The notes under the pieces were generated by a model. The model was not told the origin of the DNA and did not search any database. It was given only the letters and a program-made list of their open reading frames with translations. The translations under genes were made by a program, and so were the position numbers. From contig OZ024754.1 of NCBI GenBank assembly GCA_964016885.1, positions 24,056,001-24,120,000 on the forward strand: a DNA stretch of 64,000 nucleotides, given 5' to 3'. The first letter of the stretch is position 1. The number at the start of each line of letters is the position of its first letter. This document shows positions 54,386-64,000 of this stretch, in pieces. This DNA comes from Eledone cirrhosa (taxonomy: Eukaryota).

Positions 54386-55292
54386 GGATTGGCAGTATCG
54401 GTAGAGAGTCGGACTCCATGCTTTCCAGCATAGTTACGTCCCTTTACGATGTGAGTTCAAATCCCGCCGAGGTTGACTTTGCCTTTCATCCTTACGGGGT
54501 CGATAAAATAAAGTACCAGTAATGCACTGGGTAATTGCTGGCCTTGTGCCTAAAGTAGAAACAATTATATTATAATATAATATAATATAATATATTATAA
54601 CACGACACGACACGGCACGGCACGGCACCGCACCGCAGTGCATTACTGGTACTTTATTTTATCGATCCCGTGAGGATGAAAGGCAAAGTCAACCTCGGCT
54701 GGATTTGAACTCAGATCGTAAAGGGACGTAACTATGCTAGAAAGTATGGCGTCCGACCCTCTACCGATACTGCCAATCCACCGCGATATATATAATATAA
54801 TATAATATAATATTATAATATAATATATTATATTATATTGGTGGATTGGCAGTATCGGTAGAGGGTCGGACGTCATGCTTTCCAGCATAGTTACGTCCCT
54901 TTACGATCTGAGTTCAAATCCCGCCGAGGTTGACTTTGCCTTTCATCCTTACGAAGTCGATAAAATAAAGTACCAGTAATGCACTGGGTAATTGCTGGCC
55001 TTGTGCCTAAAGTAGAAACAATTATAATATAATATAATATAATATTATAATATATTATATTATATTATAATATAATATGATATAATATATTATATTATAA
55101 TATAATATAATTGTTTCTACTTTAGGCACAAGGCCAGCAATTACCCAGTTCATTACTAGTACTTCATTTTATCGACCCCGTAAGGATGAAAGGCGAAGTC
55201 AACCTCGGCGGGATTTGAATTCAGATCGTAAAGGGACGTAACTATGCTGGAAAGCATGGCGTCCGACCCTCTACCGATACTGCCAATCCACC
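54385..55292. mobile_element. Four near-identical Meta-domain SINEs in alternating orientation (+,-,+,-)
   Basis: Copies at ~54385-54565, 54637-54783, 54840-55023 and 55110-55292, separated by (TATAA)n-type spacers. Confidence 0.88.
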
Positions 55293-55594
55293 TGCTTAGA
55301 CAAATAATGTTAAGCTTTTGGTAAGATGATTGAAAAAGGAAGTCACTTTCTCAACAGGCTTTTAGTTCAAGTGCCAAACCAAGGACTGACCGTTATCAAA
55401 ACCCACGTGGGGCTCGACAAGGGGGGGCAACCCTTAGTTTTGGCGAATGAATTCAGAATGTGTGTTATTATTGCAAATTGCAATATATATATATATAAGG
55501 ATCGATCGACTTTCGTCAAATCGGACCGAGGAAACAATGTTTTCGTCGGTCTTTCCAGTTGCTAATACTATCTATCGGTCGCAACTCCAGGTAG

Positions 55595-55705
55595 AAGGAG
55601 CAACGTGAAATAAAGTGTCTTGCTCAAGGACATAACGCATCGCCCGGTCCAGGAATCGAACTCACAATCTCAAGATTGTGAATCCAATTCTCTAACCACT
55701 TAGCT
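55595..55705 (-). mobile_element. CORE SINE head/core fragment
   Basis: ggagcaacgtgaaataaagtgtcttgctcaagga...ggaatcgaactc...tctaaccact. Confidence 0.7.
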
Positions 55706-55824
55706 ACATATATACATATATTCATGCATATATTACATACTTATACATACATAGAATCACCATCTCACAAAACAAGATGATAGAAAACAGAGTTAAGTGG
55801 AGACCCAAATTAACGACAAAATTA

Positions 55825-55867
55825 GTGACTGAAGAGGTCACAGAATGTGTGACGAAAGAGCCTTGAC
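55825..55867 (+). ncRNA. Degenerate hammerhead-like motif, same family as 51078-51120
   Basis: CTGAAGA-g-gtcaca gaatg tgtgac-GAAA-gagcc-TT-gac. Confidence 0.45.
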
Positions 55868-56220
55868 AATCAACAACTAAACAACCATCCGGTTTTAATT
55901 TAACTGACTATGAAAGGATAATAATACATTGAAGTGAAAACCAACAGCTGCGTGTGTTTTTTTATTGGCAAGCATGGCCCTCCCTAAATATAACAATATA
56001 CATATTATATGTATGACATGATTTGGGAAAGCAACACCAATACTCAGCCCGTTACATATCAATTAATTGAAACAGCTTGAGTAATTTTTCTTTTTTCTTT
56101 GTGTTATTGTTATTCATGTAACTCTTCAATTAATAGCTGTCTGATGAAGTAGTAATTTTTTTATAACAGTTATCATGGAAATAAACGAGGTAAATTCTAA
56201 CTTGGTGACTTGTACCTCAT

Positions 56221-56268
<48 letters not shown>

Positions 56269-56591
56269 GAGTTCTGAGAACAAATAGCAGAATAGATGTG
56301 CTTTTAGGAGGGTGGTGTTTACATACACCAATCGATTAATCGGCATATCGATAATGTTGCTCCTTGTAATGATCGCGCAAAATAATGCATTAATTAACCA
56401 CTACACCTTGATTTTCTCTTATTATTTCATTGTTTAACACAGTGACTAATACATATAAATATAGATAACACACACAAACATATATATAAGTATACACACA
56501 CACACACATATATATATGTATACACACACACACGCGCGCACATATATATACGTATACATACACACACATATATATATATGTAGACATATAT

Positions 56592-56633
<42 letters not shown>

Positions 56634-56661
56634 AAATACACACACACATATATGTATACAT

Positions 56662-56706
<45 letters not shown>

Positions 56707-57021
56707 CACACTCACACAAAGAGAGAGGAAGATGGGGATGTTTTTTAAATAACAAGTTTCACTAGTTCCTGGTAGCGTTCATTTAATGCAAAACTGGTTA
56801 AACGCATAAACGTTTGTGAAAGACTTTCTAAAAAGTTCAATCCTGACAATCATATAGTAAACTGTGGGTGTTTCAAGTACATACATAACAACTGACAACT
56901 TCACACGAATGGTTGAAGCACAATGAAATAATCTTCATACCACAATTCCGTTTTCACGTATGATGCTTAATCATAATGGATGTAGGCTCGCTAATAATGA
57001 GTTCTTTTTAAACACTTACAG

Positions 57022-57049
<28 letters not shown>

Positions 57050-57062
<13 letters not shown>

Positions 57063-57498
57063 TAAAAGCAAGTCGGTCTGAGTGTCTGTCTGTGTACAAA
57101 TACTAGGCTCCTTTTAACTTTTGAAGTACTAGGCCGATTTGCTTCAAGGAATGATATTTCTATGTCCAGTGGATGGTCAACGTGGTAGTGGCAGCGCCAT
57201 CTTACGCATAGGGTTTAGTCTACTGAAGGACATACGGTGCGTCTATTCCATCTTTACCCCTTACTCATACCTACTAGAGCAAGGCCGGACCTGAAATCAT
57301 TCACGTCAATTAACTCAAGCTACCCCATGAATTGTTATTATGTTGACGTTTATTTCACTCAATCATGACACTGTACACCCATTTTGTTAAACTTTTTTTT
57401 ACAATTACATTTCAATTCTTTGCTCAACCTTTGGCTCTCTTTATACGGACAAACAGGCTGTCGTTCATTTCCCGAGCAACGCCGGGTACATCTGCTAG
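57050..57498 (+). mobile_element. Non-autonomous Helitron-like element
   Basis: 3' hairpin cccgagcaacgccggg + tacatctgCTAG|t. The 5' region reads tataaaagcaagtc...tgtctgtctgtg. Confidence 0.65.
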
Positions 57499-57989
57499 TA
57501 TATATATATATACGTAAAATACAGGAGAACAGACGGTTAAAACAGGTACATTTAAAATAACACCCGAATGGGCTTCTCAAGGGCATAATAACTAAAAAGC
57601 GTTCCTTACATGACCCGGAATGGGTTTTTAGAGATAAGTTCATCTCTGAGTTCATTCTTCGTAAAAAAACATGTTTTAATTTTGCACTAGGTCAAGAGAG
57701 ATAACTCTGGCCGGTGTTAGGGCAGTCTTTCCCGCACAAATTTTTTATCCGATACAAGCATGTGGTTACTACCTTACCATACGCACAGGGTCAGGTATGC
57801 AACATTTGTTTCGAGACTTTTGTTTGCTGCGCCTGCCCGCCTGGGTCGATTCATGCCGGGTCTGGGATGCATGGTTAGTTACCGGATGTTTTTAGCAGCG
57901 CCTGTCCGCCGGGGTATTAAAGCTTGGTGCAGGGAGACCCGGTTTACGGTTTCACTCCTCGTTCTTATTCCATCTGAAGTAGGATATTT

Positions 57990-58390
57990 TAAAGCTGTGT
58001 GTACAGCTGATAAGATCAGTAACCTCCGCAGAATCGCTGGCGCCCATACTCACGTCGAATGGGGTACTATTAGATTTTTTAATCCAAATAGAGTCGTCGA
58101 AATTAATCGCCGACTTACGGGCATTGAGGATGACATCAACTTCGAAATCCTTAACCACTGTGAGTGTTTTAGCGAAATTGGTTGCTCTAAGAAGAAGTGG
58201 TAAAGTGATGGAGGAGTAGTAATTAATTATGTCAAATTGGATAAACGGCAATGTTCCTTGTTGCAAATGCCGTTGAACCAATCAATCACCGCGAAAGAAT
58301 TCTTCCACAGTGCTAGAGGGGCCAAACTTCTAATTTCAGGTATAATTCTATCTAAAATCCTTTTACTAAGTCTACCTAAATATTATAAAG
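57990..58390 (-). mobile_element. Naiad-clade Penelope-like RT fragment
   Basis: LGRLSKRILDRI..WKNS..VIDWFN (frameshift) FIQFDIINYYSSI...RKS..W.KK...FDVSMGASDSAEV.DL. Confidence 0.8.
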
Positions 58391-58562
58391 TGACCAGTGA
58401 AAAACTCGGTACATCTACATATGTATACGTGTGTGTATTCATATGCATACTAGTATTTCAGTATACATATGTGGATGTACATTTTTAACTTAATTGTTTA
58501 AGCGTCAGTCATAGAAAAGTGAGTTACAAACGAAACGAAATTTAATTTCGTTTCGTTATTTG

Positions 58563-58652
<90 letters not shown>

Positions 58653-58846
58653 AATTGTTTCTACTTTAGGCACAAGGCCAGCAATTACCAGTGCATTACT
58701 GGTACTTTATTTTATCGACCCCGTAAGGATGAAAGGCAAAGTCAACCTCGGCGGGATTTGAACTCAGATGGTAAATTTGAAGACTAAAATCCAAAGAGGG
58801 CTCGATAAGGATAAATATATATCAAATATATAAGAACCGTAGAGCA

Positions 58847-60575
58847 AATATTTATTAAATAACAGATTAAAGTTTAAGCAAAGAATCGCTGCTTTCACCC
58901 TTAACGGGATCTTCTGAAACTAACAAAGTCAATCTGTAAACGCAGAACTGGATATTTCAAAAAACGTTGCAACCGGAGGAAGACAGGAAGACGATACTTT
59001 GGTTCGTGGAAACGTTCCCTGGCAAAGAACGGGAAAAAACGAATAAGATACGTCATTAATAGGAGCGGTGAAAAACAATTACTCGCAAAGGCAGAACCAC
59101 GTTTATGGTATAAAAGAGGTCGTAGACTAATGTTCTCTTAGGTGGTGCATAGAGACGTTCTCTGGCAATGAACGAAAAAACGAAGATAATACGTCATATG
59201 TGGAGCGTGGAGAACAATAGCACGCAAAGACAAAACCACGTAAATGGTATAGCAGAAGTCATAGACTAAAATTCTAACAAGGAGACCAAATGAATCTCCG
59301 CTACAGAGTTAAGAACAAAGTAAATAAGTAAATAAATACAATACAGAAGTAATAGAAATAAATAAATACATACACGCAAACAAATACGTACATACACGGG
59401 CATACGCAAAAACTTACCATAGGTATACAAAACCCCGCACATATAAATATGTGTGTGTGTATGCGTGTATACAAATAAATAAATAATTATATAAACGTAT
59501 ATAAATAAATAAATACGTATATAACAAGCGCACACACATACCTTCATATAAACACACGAATGTTCGGAGACGTAAGTCAACCAAAACATGAAGTAGACAT
59601 ATACACACACCCGCCATACGTACGAACCTGCATACTCACACAGACGCAAAACTCCCGTATACACATAGCTAAACCATATGTACCAGAATATATAAAATTA
59701 TACGCCATACCAATCAAATATACGTACGAGAAGGTATACGTACCTTCACAAAACATACGGGTAATATATACTTACCTATGCAAATAAGTAATGGTATAAA
59801 CAAAACATATACTTAGCTCCCACATCGAGACGTAAAATATCCACGTATAGATCGTACTATCCGTTAGGGTATAACGTGGGGCTGTAATACAGGAAAGTTT
59901 TGTGCAATTTATGTTTACAAGCCGAAATTGCCTCAGATTTTTTGTTTAAGATGTGGTCTGTGGCGTAGAGTATTTCCAGGGCCTCAGCGGAGCAGAGGTC
60001 ACAGGGTCTTTTATTTCCGTTATACGATCTAGCCCTAGCTAGGATCTCCCAGTGTAACTTATATTGGGTGTGGTTGTCATTTAGACTCCAGATATAAGCC
60101 GAAAGTGACGTCATATTCCTTCTAAGAGGGTAACGAAAAGAATGGGTATGCATGTAAAGACGCTGCTTGAAACTATTGGCGGTTAACCCTATGTAGGCCC
60201 TACGGGACGTGGGTGTTACAACCTTACATTTGTAGACAATGTTACTAGAGAGGCATTTCCCGGATAGGGGGCAATCAGCCCGATTCCTGCAATTACAGTT
60301 AGTACTAACTACAGGGTTGCACGTGTTCCTACGGCTAGGTAGTTTAGCTAAATTTGAAGCTGTGATGTTATGTGCAAGGTTAGGAGTCGTAGAGTAAGAC
60401 ATTTTAATAGTATTTCTATTAAAAATGTTGCTATATTTATGTGTAGGGGGAAAATGCTTCGTATTGAAATATCCAGTTCTGCGTTTACAGATTGACTTTG
60501 TTAGATTCAGAAGATCCCGTTAAGGGTGAAAGCAGCGATTCTTTGCTTAAACTTTAATCTGTTATTTAATAAATA
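58847..60575 (-). mobile_element. 5'-truncated Naiad Penelope-like element: GIY-YIG endonuclease, 3' pLTR and inverted terminal copy
   Basis: KHFP..HK..IFNRNTIKMSYS, linker CNCRNRADCPLSGKC (CxCx5Cx5C), IVY...YIG, FKQR..H..SF, CDLC and CKH (ORF 59857-60402). 58847-58961 is inverted at 60464-60575. Confidence 0.88.
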
Positions 60576-60653
60576 TATATATATATATGTATGTATATTA
60601 TATATATATATATATATATATGCATATATATACATATATATACATATATATAC

Positions 60654-60703
<50 letters not shown>

Positions 60704-60707
60704 TTTC

Positions 60708-60779
<72 letters not shown>

Positions 60780-60824
60780 ATATACGATATTAACAAATGG
60801 AAACTATATTTATAAAGCCATATT

Positions 60825-60889
60825 TATTTCATTATACATATTTCAAGGACACCAAGTTAAATTATGGTGTGCTTTCATCAGATAAAATA
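60825..60889 (-). ncRNA. Minimal type-I hammerhead ribozyme
   Basis: Minus: tattttat-CTGATGA-aagc acacca...tggtgt cctt-GAAA-t atgt a-TA-atgaaata, running into AATAAA. Confidence 0.75.
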
Positions 60890-61325
60890 TAATATAGAGC
60901 AGTTTTATAAATAAATATTGACATACCCTTAAAGAATGCAACCATTACTGTTGGAAGCTCCCGGATAGTGGGGATATAACTTTATTAATACTATTATATA
61001 AATTTGTATTGGATATTTTTAAATAAGCCGTTGGGTTACGGAGAAAGAGAGAGAGAGAGAGAGAACAAGAGAGAGAAAAAAGATAAAAGAAAAAAGAGAA
61101 AGAGAGAGAAGAGAAAGCGAAAACTCTAAGTGATAGGTTGTTGAGTTATCTTAACATTTGAGATGAAGTGAAAGAAGAAATATTTATTTTTTGTGGATGA
61201 ATATAGAAATGTAAATAAGCTTGAATGGAAAATACATACATAATATGAGAATTTTAACCATTGTTTAAATATGATTAAATGTTTAGTTTATCATTTAAAT
61301 TATTGAGATCCATACATTAAAAATT

Positions 61326-61362
<37 letters not shown>

Positions 61363-61728
61363 CATATATATATATATATATAATATATATATATTTAATA
61401 TATATATATAATATATATATTTATATATATATATCATACATATATATATTATATATATATATATATTATATATATATATATTACATATAAGCAAGATGTA
61501 TGGTAAGTCGTATGTGAATCGCGATGATCACGTCTGACCTACCAAATATGCGACGGTAGCTAGTTAAGCTCTATGCGTATAAGCATATATATATATATTA
61601 TATATATATATATATATATTATTAGAAATGTAAGCTATCGCCATATTTTGACTAAAGAAATTAAAGAAATTATTTAGCCTGATAGTGGGGTTAAGAACCC
61701 TTGGAGAAATGGAAACAGATGAGTATTC

Positions 61729-61798
61729 ACGTACATGGGAGTCGAACCCACATCTTTGGTTATCCGGACCACTGTGCTACCATTTACACCAACACATC
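61729..61798 (-). other. tRNA-like sequence (SINE head or tRNA pseudogene)
   Basis: A-box tggtgtaaatgg and B-box ggttcgactcc with tRNA spacing. The acceptor stem is poor. Confidence 0.4.
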
Positions 61799-61949
61799 AC
61801 CCGTCTTTTTCCATTCAAATTAGACGCTATAAACTTAGCGACTGTAATGTCAAGTAAGACTATTTTCGAAACAGAGTTGTGAAGGGAGTAAATAGGGACC
61901 TTTTTTTACATTGACGGACATCTTTTATATTTATTATTGTGTCAATTTT

Positions 61950-62574
61950 TGACAATTGCTCGAAATGAATACTGATAATAGAAGCAATTCGACTTTATCA
62001 AACACTGAACGACAGCGGCGACGGCGTGCAGCCAGGAATGAAGAAGAACGGGCCGAACAGCGCCATCGGAACGCCGAACTTCAGAGGCGAAGACGTGCCG
62101 CCATGAATGGAGAGGAGCTGGCTGAACAACGCCAACGAAACACTGGAGCCAAGCAGCGACGGCGTGCTGCGATGGTTGAAGACGAACTGGCTGAGCATCA
62201 TCTTTTATATTAATTATCTATATCTATATCTACATATAACATAAAAGATTGGAACATCCATCATCCTTTTCAGAAACGTGGAACAACCACGTCTATGCAA
62301 TGATACACGTTTTACAGTCAGGCAGAAGATGAACCATCTTCTAGAAGTGACTATTCTAGGTGGGGGCACCTACAATTGTTCATATACTATGCACAAACGG
62401 TACAACGAAGAATGTGGTATATCTGGAAGAATTTTTTACTGTTTTCTGTATCACACAGACACCACGGACTCGCCTCATACTGTAACCAGACAAACATCCA
62501 ATACAGTCATTCTCTCTTTTACCTGTCTTCTCTTATCATCTGTTTACCCGGGCGAAGCTGGGTACGTCAGCTAG
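61950..62574 (+). mobile_element. Internally deleted Helitron (RepHel N-terminal repeats + Pif1 helicase fragment + 3' end)
   Basis: QRRRRAA..EE.AEQR repeats, then RNVEQPRLCNDTRF...LLEVTILGG (Pif1 LCNGTRL motif), then the hairpin acccgggcgaagctgggt + CTAG|t at 62571-62574. Confidence 0.75.
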
Positions 62575-62620
<46 letters not shown>

Positions 62621-62708
62621 ATATATATAATATATATATATCCAAACTGAAATTGAACCGATAAGGTCTGGTTTCTTGGGTATGTCATCATTTATAAAAC
62701 AAATTTTG

Positions 62709-62769
62709 TATTTTATCTGATGAGTGCGTACCAAAATTTTGGTGCCCTTGAAATATATATAATGAAATA
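62709..62769 (+). ncRNA. Minimal type-I hammerhead ribozyme (family of 60825-60889)
   Basis: tattttat-CTGATGA-gtgc gtaccaa aatt ttggtgc cctt-GAAA-t atat a-TA-atgaaata. The base of stem II is imperfect. Confidence 0.65.
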
Positions 62770-62907
62770 AATATGGTTTTATAAATATGGTTTCCATTTA
62801 TTAAAATCATTGATATTATACTCCAGAAAATCTGTAGAGAGCTTCGAATCTGTTATAAATAAATTTGTTGAATAACCAACAAATTAAATATCTCTTTGCT
62901 TATACAC

Positions 62908-62964
<57 letters not shown>

Positions 62965-63031
62965 TATATACAGGTTGGATGTGGATGTATGGAGGTAAAC
63001 GTATGTGTGTGTGTGTAAGTAGGCGTGTGTT

Positions 63032-63079
<48 letters not shown>

Positions 63080-63104
63080 TCTAATAAACAACATAAGATA
63101 ATTA

Positions 63105-63164
63105 TTTCATTTACCAGTGATTTCTTGGAAGCAAACAAATCTGCTTTCAGTCATCAGAATGAAA
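63105..63164 (-). ncRNA. Hammerhead-like motif with an inverted partial copy at ~63190-63246
   Basis: Minus: tttcatt-CTGATGA-ctgaaagcag...ttgcttccaa-GAAA-tcactgg-TA-aatgaaa. Confidence 0.55.
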
Positions 63165-63308
63165 AAATCCTGGTGTTTTTTTTTTTCATTTTTTCATTCT
63201 GATGACTGAAAGAAATAATTATCTTATGTTGTTTATTACATAACTATTAAGCTCTGTAACCTACATAGAGCACTCTTTTTTCCTGGACCTTTCCGACGGA
63301 ATTACTTC

Positions 63309-63398
<90 letters not shown>

Positions 63399-63453
63399 GT
63401 GAGGTTTTTTTTACAAAATGAAAAATAACCGAGGTGTCCTACACGAGTGAAAG

Positions 63454-63712
63454 TATAAAGAAAAAGAGATGAAATCGAAAATGCAACTGGAGTCTTATTT
63501 TTTTTTTTAAATATATATATTTATTTGGTTCCTTTACCGGTTTCGCAGTTCTTCTGCTTTTCAAAAGGTGAGTTGAGATGGAGGGTCTCCTCCATCTCAA
63601 CTCACCTTTTGAAAAGCAGAAGAACTGCGAAACCGGTAAAGGAACCAAATAAATATATATATTTAAAAAAAAAAATAAGACTCCAGTTGCATTTTCGATT
63701 TCATCTCTTTTT

Positions 63713-63719
<7 letters not shown>
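63454..63719. repeat. Perfect palindrome: 131-bp arms with a 4-nt loop, each arm holding a U3:A8 hammerhead
   Basis: 63454-63584 is the reverse complement of 63589-63719. cctt-TTGAAAA-gcag aagaa ctgc-GAAA-ccgg-TA-aagg at 63605-63642. Confidence 0.9.
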
Positions 63720-63747
<28 letters not shown>

Positions 63748-63753
<6 letters not shown>

Positions 63754-64000
63754 TAACAGATTAAAGTTTAAGCAAAGAATCGCTGCTTTCACCCTTAACG
63801 GGATCTTCTGAAACTAACAAAGTCCATCTGTAAACGCAGAACTGGATATTTCAAAAAACGTTGCAACCGGAGGAAGACAGGAAGACGATACTTTGGTTCG
63901 TGGAAACGTTCCCTGGCAAAGAACGGGAAAAAAACGAATAAGATACGTCATTAATAGGAGCGGTGAAAGACAATTACGCGCAAAGACAGAACCACGTTTA
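63748..64000 (-). mobile_element. Naiad pLTR copy running off the window end
   Basis: Near-identical to 58853-59106. Confidence 0.85.

Noticed and set aside
56137-56195. ctgtCTGATGAag...GAAA as a hammerhead
   Set aside because: Stems I-III cannot be paired convincingly.

Overview
This is AT-rich, repeat-dense eukaryotic DNA. The SINE/LINE repertoire (CORE- and Meta-domain SINEs, RTE LINEs with (GAT)n tails, long (TA)n tracts) suggests a cephalopod, probably an octopus; that is an inference. Only one intact host gene is visible: a single-exon-CDS DUF229 (alkaline-phosphatase/sulfatase-fold) type II membrane protein at 5593-7533. The rest is mostly transposon remnants: a Gypsy integrase, about nine RTE LINE copies or fragments (many with a PHD finger inside the RT), a near full-length BovB-like RTE ending in three C2H2 fingers plus short bipartite derivatives of it, a CR1-like RT, L1/Tx1 3' ends, mariner and DD37D transposons, Helitrons, and Naiad-clade Penelope-like elements. 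The most notable signal the ORF track does not show is about 18 type-I hammerhead ribozyme motifs from roughly ten sequence types. They include core variants (U3:A8 covariation, U4C, U4A, extra G10, A9G), many have palindromic stem-III loops and a downstream AATAAA, and several sit inside fold-back inverted duplications. An RMND5/GID2-like first exon fused to an L1 3' end is also present twice as an inverted duplication. All boundaries were read by eye and are approximate.
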